Shown: one piece after another, positions 34,079 to 44,893 of the stretch
Position numbering within the stretch: the stretch's first letter is position 1
How the letters are laid out: each line of letters opens with the position of its first letter
Position numbers and translations under genes: made by a program
Assembly (NCBI GenBank): GCA_035497355.1
Contig: DATJDP010000103.1
Span: 1-57,259, forward strand
Length of the DNA: 57,259 bases
Reading direction: 5' to 3'
Source of the DNA: Flavipsychrobacter sp.
GTDB taxonomy: Bacteria > Bacteroidota > Bacteroidia > Chitinophagales > Chitinophagaceae
The notes under the pieces: model-generated
Seen by the model: only the letters and a program-made list of their open reading frames with translations
The model's database searches: none
What the model was told of the DNA's origin: nothing

Positions 34079-35971
34079 TTATTGCTTTATTTTGAGGATA
34101 GTCACCAACCGATTTGTACTAGTACTAAAGGAAATTTGCTTTGCTGCTTCCTTTGTACCGTATAGCGAGGATGTCCACCCGCCAGTCTCCAGTGGCTCGA
34201 CAATATTTCCTACGGCATCAAAGACTTCCAGCTTTAAGTCAGAACAGTGTACCATTGGGAAATGCCACAGTTGTTCAACAGTGGAGTCTTTAGGCAAGTG
34301 TTCAAAGTTGTCAACGATCGTCCAACCTGCCCATTGCTTCGACTTCGTAACGCTCCTATGGTGAACGATGTCTTTTTTATGATGCCTGAACATGTTCATT
34401 GCTCCCTTGAAATCGATTGTACGGTCAGTTTCTACCAGCAGCGCATATAGTTTTTTCGGCCAGTAATACCAGATAAATCTGCCTCCCTTTTTCATCTGGT
34501 CCTGGCCATTAATCATTACTGTATTATGAGAAGCCGTTCCCATAAAATACCGTAGGGTATCGTCGTCTGTATTATACTTGTAGCTCCCGGCATCGAAGAG
34601 AATATTTTCGCCTTTGTACCAAATGTCAACATGAAGATTATCGGCCTGAGATGGTCTGTCCTTGTAGCTTCCGCACCGAATGAATGTGAGCATTTCATTT
34701 TCCCGCATAATATAGTATCCACCTTCGTCAAATGAATAACAATTAGCGGAAAGGTGGAGTGAACTCTTACCGGGAATGTCTGCTGTACCATACCAGCCGC
34801 TATCCTCCTGATTGTCTAACAAAGCGTCCACCGAAAGTACTGATGCCAATGCCTGCAATTGCGGTCGATAATCCCTATAGTGGCAGTCATTTAGTTTAAA
34901 AAATAAGGCTCCGTCATTAGCGCCATAATTAGGCAACCATCCAGAAGCGTTATCCATACATACACGTAAAAACTTAAGCGATTTTGCAGCACGGTCATAT
35001 ACTACCGAAGCAAAGGGATCATTATTTAGTTCAGACAAACGGACAGCCCATGTTAGTAATTGAACTACGACTCGGTGATAGTTCATAGAGAACTGAAGGA
35101 AGGTACCGTCTTCATAGATCTGATAAGCAATTTCTTGCTCAAACCATTGCTTTCCCGCAATGCTCCATTTCTGAAAATCCGCTATACCGGGGAAAAGCAA
35201 ATTTGAAAGATACAAGGCCAGCGTCTCTGTGATCGCGTGGTTGTTTCTTACGGCAATGCGAGAGAAATTAATATTATTATATACGTGGTGTATTTGCCAG
35301 TAAATAGACTGTAGTATGGTGCTAAACTTAGCTTCCGTTAATTGTTCTGACTCACGGTAATAAAATAGGGCGAAAGTCCAGTTGAGTACTCTAAGGGAGA
35401 TCTCCTGGCTGCAGCGCCAGTTGGGTCCGCAGTTAATGGGGTTGTGCTCAATCCATGAGAGTATTTCCGACATCACGAGCTCAGCGCAGTCCTGGCCGAA
35501 ATGGTAATCGTACCGTATAATGTCATAGAGGAAAGAAAATCGGGATTTCTCCCAAACGTATTTTATATCACCGGCTTCTTTGGAATAATCAGCAATCTCC
35601 GTCCAGTGCTGATGTGCATTGTATTGGTAATTTGTATCGGGATTGGTGACCCAATCGTAGTTACTACCAAGATCAGCCCAGTTGCTGTTGAATAGAAGAA
35701 GTTTCCCGGCTTTGAAGTTTTTGAATCGTTCCTTTAGCTGTTCTGATGGGATGCGCGGTATTTGAACGGTTGATTTATCTTGAAAGAAAAATTTAGCGCT
35801 ACTGCTCTTCCATTGTGCCAGCCCTGGTAATGCTTTGGCAGATGGGTTGACAGGGAATTTTGCTTTTAACAGCCCTGAACGACGAGCCAATTCATGCTTC
35901 CCCCGAAAACTGACATATCGCCAACCCATATTGCTGATTAGATTGACAGCGTTCTTTAGCTTTTGAAGCAT
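34079..35971 (-). CDS. Heparinase II/III-family protein (polysaccharide-locus-associated)
   Basis: 630 aa. It shows the family-typical helical N-half (…NWRCSQEISLRVLNW…NNHAITETLALY…) and a beta-rich C-half (…HNTVMINGQDQ…). It abuts the WbuB-like gene with no spacer. Confidence 0.65.
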   Translation of the reverse strand: MLQKLKNAVNLISNMGWRYVSFRGKHELARRSGLLKAKFPVNPSAKALPGLAQWKSSSAKFFFQDKSTVQIPRIPSEQLKERFKNFKAGKLLLFNSNWADLGSNYDWVTNPDTNYQYNAHQHWTEIADYSKEAGDIKYVWEKSRFSFLYDIIRYDYHFGQDCAELVMSEILSWIEHNPINCGPNWRCSQEISLRVLNWTFALFYYRESEQLTEAKFSTILQSIYWQIHHVYNNINFSRIAVRNNHAITETLALYLSNLLFPGIADFQKWSIAGKQWFEQEIAYQIYEDGTFLQFSMNYHRVVVQLLTWAVRLSELNNDPFASVVYDRAAKSLKFLRVCMDNASGWLPNYGANDGALFFKLNDCHYRDYRPQLQALASVLSVDALLDNQEDSGWYGTADIPGKSSLHLSANCYSFDEGGYYIMRENEMLTFIRCGSYKDRPSQADNLHVDIWYKGENILFDAGSYKYNTDDDTLRYFMGTASHNTVMINGQDQMKKGGRFIWYYWPKKLYALLVETDRTIDFKGAMNMFRHHKKDIVHHRSVTKSKQWAGWTIVDNFEHLPKDSTVEQLWHFPMVHCSDLKLEVFDAVGNIVEPLETGGWTSSLYGTKEAAKQISFSTSTNRLVTILKIKQ

Positions 35972-36051
35972 GGATTGTCTTTTCTTTCGTACATCTTATT
36001 ATTGGTCTTTTCGTTCACTTTTTGTTCTTTGCCGGTGTGACGAGCTGGTCA

Positions 36052-38232
36052 TCAAGCGGACTGCAAATGCTCAACACCTGTTGCTGTTGTCGGGCTGACA
36101 CTCTGATTCTGTGACAAAACTTCATTTACCTTTACCCATCTCCTTTCTTTCAGGCTTTTAACAGCAGCAAGGCTGGCCTGTGTTGTATTAAGGATTTCTT
36201 CGAAAGGAATCAGAGCCTCGCCTCCTTTCTGTATGCGTTCCACCAATAAGCGAAACTGGGCTTTATGTCCTTTGTCCAGTTTAGTTTTCAGCTTGGAAAA
36301 TCCTTTAAAGCCAAACCCTTCAGTGATTCGAAAGTTATCCATGACGAGCGTACGCTCCTGGGAATAGACTTCTATCCGTTCTTTTGAGTAGGCTTTGGAT
36401 CCGTTAGAAAAATAATTAATAACCCCGGTGCTTCCGTTTTCGTACTCGAGTAAGATGGACGCGTTGTCTGTGTTTTCTTGCGGATTCAGACCCATGGCGT
36501 TCATACATACAGATTTTATTTTACTGCCGGTTAGATATGTTATAAGGTCCATAAAATGACAGGCCTCGCCAATAATCCGTCCGCCGCCTACCTTCAGATC
36601 ATGCACCCATACATTGGCGGGTATATGCCCTGCATTCATCGTGGCAATGACATTCATGGGGGCTGCACCGAGCAATTGCTTCATTTTGATGGCATGCGGC
36701 GAGAAGCGACGGTTGAAGCCAACGGTGATTGTTGTCTTGCCGTTATAGTGGCTTACAACTTCATTAAGCTGCTCCGCGTTGATAGCTAAAGGCTTTTCAA
36801 CAAATACATGTTTCCCAGCTTCCAGGCATTCCACTACAATCTTTGCATGCTGATCGTGACGGGTAGTGATCATCACTAACTCTATGACATCGTCCTGTAA
36901 AATACTTTTATAATCTGTCGTGCTTTTCGCGATACTATGCTTTTGTGCCAGAGCTGTACCAGTTACCCCTCCCTTGCTTGCTATAGAAATCAGAGGCGCA
37001 TTCACCTCCTTAAGGGCGGGGAGCATCGTCATTTTTGTAAAGTTCCCCGCACCAATAATACCGATGCCGCCTTTACACTGCTCAAAAGTTCCCTCGGTAA
37101 CTATGACTGTGTTCCCTGGTCTGCTGTCTTTCGGATATTCCAGAATGGAGGCTATCGACCCTTTATTACTGATATTATCATATATTTGGTGATAATCCTC
37201 CAGCGCTACGCGTTCTGTGATAAGCGACTGCACCTCCAGCCTTCCGGCGCTGATCGCGTGTAGTACCGCTTCAAAATTCCTCTTTTCTGTCCAGCGCACG
37301 AATGGCAACGGATAATCTATGCCTTTTTGCTCATAGTCATCGTCATATCTGCCAGGGCCATAGGAACATGAAACCTGAAAACTCAACTCCTTTTCATAAA
37401 AATCGGCGCGGCTAATATTTAGTCCAATCACACCTACTAATACAATCCGTCCCCGCTTACGGCTCATGTGGGCCGCATCTCCAATAATACTATCTGCTTT
37501 CGCCGAAGCCGTAACTATCACACCGTCCGCCCCAATTCCTTCAGTGAGTTGATGTACAAATTTTACGGTATCTGTTCCTTCTGCAGGGTTAATGGCAATA
37601 ATTCCCTTTGCCTTTGCTATCGCTACCTTTTGCCCATCGAGGTCTATACCTACAACCCGACATCCGTTGGCCATTAGGAGTTCTGCGGTGATCAATCCAA
37701 TCAAGCCAAGTCCAAAAACAACTATGGTTTCACCCAGAGTTGGATTACATAAACGAATGCCCTGCAAGCCTATGGAACCTATTACCGTAAAAGCTGCCTC
37801 TTCATCCGACACATTATCCGGTACCGCAGCAACCAGATTCTTAGGCACACATACAAACTCAGCATGATTTCCATTAGAAGCCACACGGTCCCCGATTTTA
37901 AATTCAGTGACACCTTCGCCAACTGCAATCACGCGCCCCACGTTACAATAACCTAAGGGCAATGGCTGTTCTAGCTTGTTAAACACAGCTTCCAGTGTCG
38001 GCATCAGTCCATCGGTTTTGATCTTGTCTAACACTTGCTTCACCTTGTCAGGTTGCTGACGGGCTTTTTGGATTAGGTTCGATTTCCCAAATTCCACCAG
38101 CATGCGCTCTGTACCAAGTGATACGAGACTCCGGGTAGTTTGTATTAAAACGCAGCCTCTGCTAACCTGAGGGGCTGGAATTTTTTCTAATATGGTGGCT
38201 CCTGTTTTAAAGGATTGGATGATTTGTTTCAT
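36052..38232 (-). CDS. Bifunctional oxidoreductase: zinc-type alcohol dehydrogenase (MDR) domain fused to a Gfo/Idh/MocA domain
   Basis: 726 aa. The N-half has a GroES-like fold and a Rossmann site (VVFGLGLIGLI). The C-half has GIIGAGNFTKM…, EKPLA and the Gfo/Idh/MocA pattern. Confidence 0.75.
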   Translation of the reverse strand: MKQIIQSFKTGATILEKIPAPQVSRGCVLIQTTRSLVSLGTERMLVEFGKSNLIQKARQQPDKVKQVLDKIKTDGLMPTLEAVFNKLEQPLPLGYCNVGRVIAVGEGVTEFKIGDRVASNGNHAEFVCVPKNLVAAVPDNVSDEEAAFTVIGSIGLQGIRLCNPTLGETIVVFGLGLIGLITAELLMANGCRVVGIDLDGQKVAIAKAKGIIAINPAEGTDTVKFVHQLTEGIGADGVIVTASAKADSIIGDAAHMSRKRGRIVLVGVIGLNISRADFYEKELSFQVSCSYGPGRYDDDYEQKGIDYPLPFVRWTEKRNFEAVLHAISAGRLEVQSLITERVALEDYHQIYDNISNKGSIASILEYPKDSRPGNTVIVTEGTFEQCKGGIGIIGAGNFTKMTMLPALKEVNAPLISIASKGGVTGTALAQKHSIAKSTTDYKSILQDDVIELVMITTRHDQHAKIVVECLEAGKHVFVEKPLAINAEQLNEVVSHYNGKTTITVGFNRRFSPHAIKMKQLLGAAPMNVIATMNAGHIPANVWVHDLKVGGGRIIGEACHFMDLITYLTGSKIKSVCMNAMGLNPQENTDNASILLEYENGSTGVINYFSNGSKAYSKERIEVYSQERTLVMDNFRITEGFGFKGFSKLKTKLDKGHKAQFRLLVERIQKGGEALIPFEEILNTTQASLAAVKSLKERRWVKVNEVLSQNQSVSPTTATGVEHLQSA

Positions 38233-38292
38233 AAAAAAGAACTATTTGAAAAGCGACAGCTACTTCTTGACCTGCGCCACTGAAAGAGAAGA

Positions 38293-39057
38293 CTATTGAA
38301 GGAGCGCCTGCTTTTCTAGTTTGTTCGGATAATTTATCAATACTGCACGGTATTTGCCTTTAAAAACGAAAAGACTTCCCGCCGCCACACCGATAATCTT
38401 ATAACGTTGAATTACCTGTCGAATATGATCAAGGTTTCCAGCCCCTCCCATAACAGTCATTGGTACGTCGGTCATTTCTCTAACCATATCAATCAAATGG
38501 AAATCGAATCCTTCCATCTTACCATCCCTATCAATAGCGTTAATAACTATTTCACCAACTCCCATACTGTTCAGCGTAGTGATAAACTCTTTTAATTTAA
38601 GCCCGGTAGCCTTCTTTCCGTTATGAATAAATACTTCATACGAACCGAGGAGACCTTTCTTTTTGACGTCTAAAACTACCACAACACTCTGTACTCCCAC
38701 CGCTTTGCCAATGTCACCAACAATTTCAATGTTTTGAACAGCAGCAGAACTTAAGGCAACCTTTTCAGCGCCCAGGTTGATGATTCTCTTAGCCTGTTCC
38801 ACCGTTTTTACCCCTCCTCCATAGCAAAATGGCATGCGACACTCAACAGCCAGGTTTTTGATTAACTCAAAGTCCGGTTCTCTTCCTTGAACAGACGCGT
38901 CAATATCAAGGACAATCAATTCATCGACTTCTTTCTCATTAAAAATTTTAACGGCATTAATAGGATCACCAACATATTTCGGGTCCTTAAAGGCCGTTGT
39001 TTTTACCAATCCTCTTTTGTGAACTAAAAGGCAGGGAGTAACTCTTGATCGAAGCAT
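38293..39057 (-). CDS. HisF-like cyclase subunit (WbuZ-type) of a sugar amidotransferase system
   Basis: 254 aa. …RVTPCLLV…GLVKT…F…YVGDPINAVKIFNEKEVDELIVLDI… is HisF-like, and it is clustered with HisH-like and WbuX-like genes. Confidence 0.8.
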   Translation of the reverse strand: MLRSRVTPCLLVHKRGLVKTTAFKDPKYVGDPINAVKIFNEKEVDELIVLDIDASVQGREPDFELIKNLAVECRMPFCYGGGVKTVEQAKRIINLGAEKVALSSAAVQNIEIVGDIGKAVGVQSVVVVLDVKKKGLLGSYEVFIHNGKKATGLKLKEFITTLNSMGVGEIVINAIDRDGKMEGFDFHLIDMVREMTDVPMTVMGGAGNLDHIRQVIQRYKIIGVAAGSLFVFKGKYRAVLINYPNKLEKQALLQ

Positions 39058-39674
39058 CAGAAGGTTGCAAAGTTTTGTAATAAGGTAACGCCGTTATGAT
39101 GGCTTTTTTCGGGATGAAACTGGACACCAAAAACGTTTTTATTACTCACCGCGGAGGCAAAGGTTTGTCCGTAGGTGGTGGTTGCCAATACGTCTTCAGA
39201 ATTGTGACAGTGAAAATAATAGCTGTGGAGAAAATAGAAGCCTTGCTCGGCATCAATACCTTGAAATAATTTATTAGCCTTCGATACTGAGACAGAGTTC
39301 CACCCCAGGTGAGGAACTTTGGGTTTGAACTTAAGGCTTGAGGGATTTATCCTCCTCACTTCTCCCTTAATCCATCCGAGTCCCGGCAAATCTCCTTCCT
39401 CGCTCCGCTCGGCCAATATCTGCATTCCAACACAAATCCCAACAACCGGTACTTTGTTGTTTAATACTTCATGGTCCAATATTGACCTGAACCCTGAACT
39501 ATCGAGCCTGGATATTGTTTCATCAAAAGCTCCTACTCCTGGAAGGATAATTTTTTCAGCACCTTCTACATCGTCCTCATTATTGGCAATTTTATATGGA
39601 ATTCTAAGGCGGTCATAAATATTGCAGATGGCACTTATGTTGCCAGAGCCGTAGTTAATAATTGTAACCATCAT
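39057..39674 (-). CDS. HisH-like glutamine amidotransferase subunit (WbuY-type)
   Basis: 205 aa: MVTIINYGSGNISAI…, catalytic GICVGMQ, and …FGVQFHPEKS. Confidence 0.85.
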   Translation of the reverse strand: MMVTIINYGSGNISAICNIYDRLRIPYKIANNEDDVEGAEKIILPGVGAFDETISRLDSSGFRSILDHEVLNNKVPVVGICVGMQILAERSEEGDLPGLGWIKGEVRRINPSSLKFKPKVPHLGWNSVSVSKANKLFQGIDAEQGFYFLHSYYFHCHNSEDVLATTTYGQTFASAVSNKNVFGVQFHPEKSHHNGVTLLQNFATF

Positions 39675-40804
39675 CTTTTAATTGATCTTTCAACACCCAA
39701 CATCTTAAGAGCCTTTGCTCCCGCTTTAAATAAAGATTCCTGATTCTTATAATCCCAATAAAACTTCTTTGGCATATTAAAATAGCCTCTCAACTCGCCC
39801 GAAGTGATACCAAGCTTTGTTGCAATGTAGTTGAATTCGTCATCAATCGTAGCAGGGTCAAAAGCTGGCTTCTTAAGTAGCTCAAGCGCTTCTTCGCGTG
39901 TCATCTGACCGGTCAGTATTAGACTAGAATATTGAACACGACGTGTGTCAAACCCAAACCGTTCTGGCAGCCAGTACCCCTCATAAAACTTAGTAAAACG
40001 CGATTCAAAGTGCTTTTGCGGATAAGGTTTCCAACCATAAGTGTCCGCCAGTAGCTTTAACGCATCGGACTTGATATAGGGTCGGTAGTTCAAAGGCTTT
40101 ACAACCTGTACGCCCTTCAAATAGCGAAGATAGAACTTGTGCCGAAAGATTGGACTAAACGGATAAGTATCCATTTTAACGGTTCCAAATTGATTTATAA
40201 TGTCACGGATTTGTGCCATATCCGTTCCATAGTAGAGCCATTCCATTGGATTCCGCACGCACTCTGTAGAAATATTACCACCGTTCAGGATGTACTTAAT
40301 CTTATACTTATCCGCAAAGTTGTACAAGGTTGCAATAAAGGCGTGATCCTGTGGTATATCCAAATGTGGAACTCCGGATTTGAAAAAAGCAAGCTGGAAA
40401 TCGCGCATTTCCTCCCAGTTAATCACCTCGGTGAACAGATCAAGCCCTAGTTTGTCAATCATAACTTGAATATTGTTCACAGCCAACTCCGAATTCCAAC
40501 CTCCGTCTACGTGAAAAACAAGCGGACGTAAACCGAATTCTTTAACTGCCAGATGCAGCATATAAGAACTGTCTACACCGCCACTCATGCCGAGCAGGCA
40601 ATCGAAATCGCGTCCTTCGCCGTCCTTTTTAATTTTAGCGACTATAGCTTGTAATTGTTCTTTGCCTCTCTCACCGGTATGCCAGTTCGGCTTTACATTA
40701 GTATAAAAATCGTTGCAATGGTCACAAACGCCCCTTTTATCAAAACTGATACGGGCGTCGCTATTATCCATGACGCAGTTCGAACACATGTGATATTCTG
40801 GCAT
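39671..40804 (-). CDS. N-acetyl sugar amidotransferase (WbuX-type, PP-loop ATP pyrophosphatase)
   Basis: 377 aa with an N-terminal Cys cluster (CSNCVM…CDHC), a PP-loop GMSGGVDSS, and 4-nt overlap with the HisH-like gene. Confidence 0.8.
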   Translation of the reverse strand: MPEYHMCSNCVMDNSDARISFDKRGVCDHCNDFYTNVKPNWHTGERGKEQLQAIVAKIKKDGEGRDFDCLLGMSGGVDSSYMLHLAVKEFGLRPLVFHVDGGWNSELAVNNIQVMIDKLGLDLFTEVINWEEMRDFQLAFFKSGVPHLDIPQDHAFIATLYNFADKYKIKYILNGGNISTECVRNPMEWLYYGTDMAQIRDIINQFGTVKMDTYPFSPIFRHKFYLRYLKGVQVVKPLNYRPYIKSDALKLLADTYGWKPYPQKHFESRFTKFYEGYWLPERFGFDTRRVQYSSLILTGQMTREEALELLKKPAFDPATIDDEFNYIATKLGITSGELRGYFNMPKKFYWDYKNQESLFKAGAKALKMLGVERSIKR

Positions 40805-40817
40805 TTTGTATTTTATT

Positions 40818-41990
40818 TTATGAGATTGCTTGAATTGCTATTTGAGAATATGAAAACCTCTTAGGTCCTTCTCTTTGTGCTATCTCCAACATTTTGATAT
40901 AGCTTTCTGGATCATCTAATATCACCTTAATGATGTTTATAATTTCATTTACGTTCCTTCCGTCGTCAAGAAATTGGCAATTGCCATTGAGACTTATATG
41001 GGTGATACCTCGCCATTTTTGAAAAACACATGGCAAACCCATCCCAACAGCCTCTTCCCAAAGAACTGAATGGGTACCGGGGAAAATGCCCAAGTCCGCA
41101 GCGAAAAAATATTTATGGATCTCTTCTGACGGTAGCCATTCGATATAAATTATATCGCGATGTAACGAAGCCTTTTCAATTGTTTCCTTTAGATCTTCTA
41201 CAGGCTTACCGAATACGATCAGTTTAATATGCCTATTATTACTTTCATCACAAACATCTTTAAACGCCTCCAACAAATAGTGAATATTCTTTCTATTGTC
41301 AATCTTTCCTCCTGTAATAATGACAAATGTGTCTTCACTAATTTTAAGTTCTGTTCTAAGCCTATTTCGTATCATTGTTCTATCGTTCCAATTAAAAAGA
41401 CTGTCGTCTGCACCAAATGGAAGCAGTGCTATTTTTTCAGGATTTATACCATATACTTCGTGTAAAAAATCACTTCTAATAGGTAACGTGCCGAAAAATT
41501 TCTCTGCTCTATTCTCTATAAGTTTTGCACAAAAACGATAAACGACCCTATGCAAAATATTTTTAGATACCCAGCCCCTACCACTGTTAATGAAATCGGT
41601 ATGAGAATCTACATATAATTTAGTATTGACGTTTGCTTTCAGATATTGTGCGACAGATACTATACTTATAAACTGGCAATCATGAAGAAAAATGATATCT
41701 GGAGAAAAATCTTTTATTCCTTTTATTAGCTTTCGATACAATCGAAGCTTTTTCATAATGACATGAGGTAACCAAGATTGATAAGGAATTCTCGTTATCG
41801 GTATTCCTTCCCTTGTCATATATGTGCCAGGCGCAATATACCCTAACTTATTACGTTCAACATAGGTCTCAGTAGATGCTATTATTTTGACATCATGTCC
41901 CTGGCGCAAATGCATTTTAGGGAGTATATTCTCTTGATATCCGAAGTCATCTATGTAAAATGCTGCCAGGCAACAGTGCAAAATCTTCAT
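40818..41990 (-). CDS. GT4/GT1-type (GT-B) glycosyltransferase
   Basis: MKILHCCLAAFYIDDFGYQEN… and C-terminal …FPGTHSVLWEEAVGMGLP… (E-x7-E-like). The ATG is the complement of 41988-41990 and forms an ATGA overlap with the upstream gene. Confidence 0.7.
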   Translation of the reverse strand: MKILHCCLAAFYIDDFGYQENILPKMHLRQGHDVKIIASTETYVERNKLGYIAPGTYMTREGIPITRIPYQSWLPHVIMKKLRLYRKLIKGIKDFSPDIIFLHDCQFISIVSVAQYLKANVNTKLYVDSHTDFINSGRGWVSKNILHRVVYRFCAKLIENRAEKFFGTLPIRSDFLHEVYGINPEKIALLPFGADDSLFNWNDRTMIRNRLRTELKISEDTFVIITGGKIDNRKNIHYLLEAFKDVCDESNNRHIKLIVFGKPVEDLKETIEKASLHRDIIYIEWLPSEEIHKYFFAADLGIFPGTHSVLWEEAVGMGLPCVFQKWRGITHISLNGNCQFLDDGRNVNEIINIIKVILDDPESYIKMLEIAQREGPKRFSYSQIAIQAIS

Positions 41991-42595
41991 TTTTTTATTT
42001 GCTCTAAAAACATTTGAGGCGATTTGAAAAATTTCGCCATTGCGCTTAGTTTTTCGTCCGAGTAGTTCCACCACTCGGATCTTAGCAATTCTTCAACGAC
42101 CATTTCACTGAATCTCATCCGAATTAGCTTTGCAGGATTACCCGCGACAATGCCATATGGTGGAACGTCTTTTGTTACAACACTTCCCATTCCAATTACG
42201 GCTCCTGTCCCGATGGTGATTCCTTGCTTTATCAGTACGCTATGCCCTATCCAAACATCATGTCCGACGATCGTCTTCTTTGCATCAACCCGCTTATGTG
42301 TTGAAAATTTCGCTTTAACACTGTCCCTACCTTCATAAAAAACGGGAGACATTCCGACCCAATCCATTGGATGCATTCCACCACCGATGATAACTTGATT
42401 CGAAACGGAGCAAAATGAACCAACCTCACAGTTAATGATTTGACAGTCGTATCCGCAAAAAGAGTGTTTGTCAAATTTTGAATTCACAATAAGGCTCCCC
42501 GATTCAATTTTCGACGTAGGGTGTATTTCACTTTGAAAGACGGAACTGCCTCTTAGCTTTTTAAAAAGCTTACTCCAATAATATTTCAAATTCAT
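41987..42595 (-). CDS. Hexapeptide-repeat O-acetyltransferase (CatB/Vat-related)
   Basis: 202 aa: …GGGMHPMDWVGMSPVFY…, …VGHDVWIGHSVLIKQGITIGTGAVIGMGSVVTKDVPPYGIVAGNPAKLIR. Confidence 0.75.
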   Translation of the reverse strand: MNLKYYWSKLFKKLRGSSVFQSEIHPTSKIESGSLIVNSKFDKHSFCGYDCQIINCEVGSFCSVSNQVIIGGGMHPMDWVGMSPVFYEGRDSVKAKFSTHKRVDAKKTIVGHDVWIGHSVLIKQGITIGTGAVIGMGSVVTKDVPPYGIVAGNPAKLIRMRFSEMVVEELLRSEWWNYSDEKLSAMAKFFKSPQMFLEQIKK

Positions 42596-42603
42596 AATCG
42601 CCT

Positions 42604-43590
42604 TCAGTTAGAAATAAATTGCGCTATTTTCATAGGGTCTTTATTGAACTTTTCTATGCAAAATTTCCTCACGGCATCTATTTGTGTATCATTTTGGCCC
42701 ATTAAATTAACGGAAGACAATGTTAAATTCTGCAAGCTGCCGGTAATGGGTAAAAGGTTTATTGTCTCCAAATCCGTCTTTACAACTTTAAAATTATTGA
42801 TTCGAGTCATCAAGTTTAACCAAACATCATCTGCAGAACTGCAAATCTGCATAAAGGTCTCTTTATCTAAGGTTTCTCGAGGAAAGATCTGAGGCTGGAA
42901 AAGGGTTCCTCCTCCACTCCCAAAAAATGCAAGGTAGTTTGGTTCTCCTGCAGATGTGTAAAAAGACCACTCGTTGTAGGGACTCAACTCATCATCTGTA
43001 ATTTTTATTTTTCTTACATAATTAGCGACAATACATTTTGGATAATTTTCCGCAAAAAGAAGGAGTTTCTCAATCATATTCGTACGATAAAAAATGTCGT
43101 CATCAACTGTTATTAATTTTGCATCAGGATATTCCTTTAACGCATAAAAATATTTTTTGTGCGAACGCAAATTCCCTTTTCGTAGTTCTATTTCAAGTCC
43201 TCTCTTCTGTAACGAGAGTAGTCTATTGGGAAGAACTTCAATCGAAGAAAACTGATCTTTCGACAACCACAATTTAATTTTATCCGGCTTTCTAGTCTGT
43301 CTCAATAACACTTCAATAACCAGCCAAACTTTGTTTATACGGTCTGGAAAAGATGTAAGTGATACTATTGTTTCGGGATTTTTTTTTGAAGGGATTAGCC
43401 GATATTCTTTATTATTTTTAGTTACCCAAAAAAATATTGGGAGAGCTTTATTCGCAAAAAAGCGTATGAGTGCTCTTAACGAAGATTGTACCGAAGAATT
43501 TCCAGTACACAAGGAATACATATTATTGAATAAATTTACCATTGCGAAATTCTGTTGATTAACATTATTCAAGATGTATATATCTAACAC
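42604..43590 (-). CDS. Putative GT-A glycosyltransferase (TSxPxR … DDD type)
   Basis: 328 aa: …IVSLTSFPDRINKVWLVIEVLLRQ… and …LITVDDDIFY…. The true start may be the internal Met (complement of ~43542), which would avoid the overlap with wzy. Confidence 0.5.
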   Translation of the reverse strand: MLDIYILNNVNQQNFAMVNLFNNMYSLCTGNSSVQSSLRALIRFFANKALPIFFWVTKNNKEYRLIPSKKNPETIVSLTSFPDRINKVWLVIEVLLRQTRKPDKIKLWLSKDQFSSIEVLPNRLLSLQKRGLEIELRKGNLRSHKKYFYALKEYPDAKLITVDDDIFYRTNMIEKLLLFAENYPKCIVANYVRKIKITDDELSPYNEWSFYTSAGEPNYLAFFGSGGGTLFQPQIFPRETLDKETFMQICSSADDVWLNLMTRINNFKVVKTDLETINLLPITGSLQNLTLSSVNLMGQNDTQIDAVRKFCIEKFNKDPMKIAQFISN

Positions 43591-44860
43591 GAGTAAAATA
43601 CCAGATGCTCACGACGAACGTAAAAGAATAAAAATATTGGTATAGAAAGGTGTTATTAGCAAATAAGTAAAGTAACACACTCATGGTAAGGACAAAAACC
43701 ACCTTTGACATTAGGTCGTTGTGCTTTAACGCAAATGCACGTGCATATCCCGAAAAATATGCAATTATAAACAGGATAAACGGCACTCCAAGGAACGACA
43801 CGTCGTTGGCAAACCATAGATAAGCACTATGCCACTTGGCCATCTCATCAATTCCGCAATTTACCTGTAGCCAATGGATGTATGTTCTATCCCAAAGGTG
43901 TATACCCACATTATCAGCAATACTTATAAGGGCAGGATTATTGCCAAGCATAAACGTGGAAGAAAAGGGAGCGTTCTTCATTGCCAACCCCAGGTGATAA
44001 TAGCCTTGCGCCAAATATGATACAGAATACATATAGGTTATGGTTAAATCGTCTGGAATGAATCCTAGAACGTAGTGATTATAAAGTACTGAGGCGTTAC
44101 CTTGATCAAAATTCTGAAGATTAAGATTAACTGTTCCCGACCTCCCTTGTTTCAAACTACCAAAAAACAGTATACTAAAGGCAAAAACAACGATAATTCC
44201 AACCATACTTCTAAAACTAATCTTTATTGATTTTCGTTGTGAAATAATGCATAAAACCAGAGTAGTAATTAATGATATAATTCCGAATGCAGTAGCCCGA
44301 CCCAACCAATAAAAAACTTCTATCGAAACAAAAAATATCAATAGTATTCTTAAAAATGGTTTAAGGCTTTTCCATGAAATGAATCCAAATATGAAAAATA
44401 GCTGATTAAATATTGAAATGAATGTGAACAAAATCCAGCTGACAGTAAATGAACGAGAATCATACACACTAAGGTTATAAGCTAGCTGAGGGTCAAAGAA
44501 ACCAAGAGACAAATAAGAAATCATACCCTTAATATCATAGAAAGGAAATCTTGTTAGATAAGCATATTTAATTAAAAAAGTAAGTGAATAAAAAATAAAC
44601 AAAAAACTTGTAATCTTTGCATTGGGGATTTTAAAAGGAACATTTAGCTTAATGTTTCGACGTGACCCTGCACCGCTGCCTAATCTGTATCCCGCATAAA
44701 TAAAGGCCATATTTAAAAGCAGATATAAAACGGTGACATTAGGGTCGCTTCTGCTCCAGTCATAGGGTGCAGTAATAAAAATCACTATAGTAAACAAGTT
44801 AAACCCCAGAACAAAATAAATGGGACTAACAAGGCTTTTACGATATCCTTGTACTTTCAT
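43565..44860 (-). CDS. wzy: O-antigen/capsule repeat-unit polymerase (Wzy-like), polytopic
   Basis: 431 aa with more than 10 hydrophobic segments, very A+T-rich and without soluble domains. Its position between GT genes in a Wzx/Wzc locus fits Wzy. Confidence 0.6.
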   Translation of the reverse strand: MKVQGYRKSLVSPIYFVLGFNLFTIVIFITAPYDWSRSDPNVTVLYLLLNMAFIYAGYRLGSGAGSRRNIKLNVPFKIPNAKITSFLFIFYSLTFLIKYAYLTRFPFYDIKGMISYLSLGFFDPQLAYNLSVYDSRSFTVSWILFTFISIFNQLFFIFGFISWKSLKPFLRILLIFFVSIEVFYWLGRATAFGIISLITTLVLCIISQRKSIKISFRSMVGIIVVFAFSILFFGSLKQGRSGTVNLNLQNFDQGNASVLYNHYVLGFIPDDLTITYMYSVSYLAQGYYHLGLAMKNAPFSSTFMLGNNPALISIADNVGIHLWDRTYIHWLQVNCGIDEMAKWHSAYLWFANDVSFLGVPFILFIIAYFSGYARAFALKHNDLMSKVVFVLTMSVLLYLFANNTFLYQYFYSFTFVVSIWYFTRVRYIHLE

Positions 44861-44893
44861 AGTTTTGTAACCAGCTGAAAAAAATTGCAGTCT

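Noticed and set aside
34079-35971. Heparinase II/III-family gene as part of a polysaccharide utilisation locus
   Set aside because: There are no SusC/SusD, sulfatase or glycoside hydrolase neighbours. The gene is embedded with zero spacing in a biosynthetic operon.
38293-39674. hisF/hisH as histidine biosynthesis genes
   Set aside because: No other his genes are nearby. They are translationally coupled to a WbuX-type PP-loop amidotransferase inside a glycan operon, the known WbuXYZ-type context.
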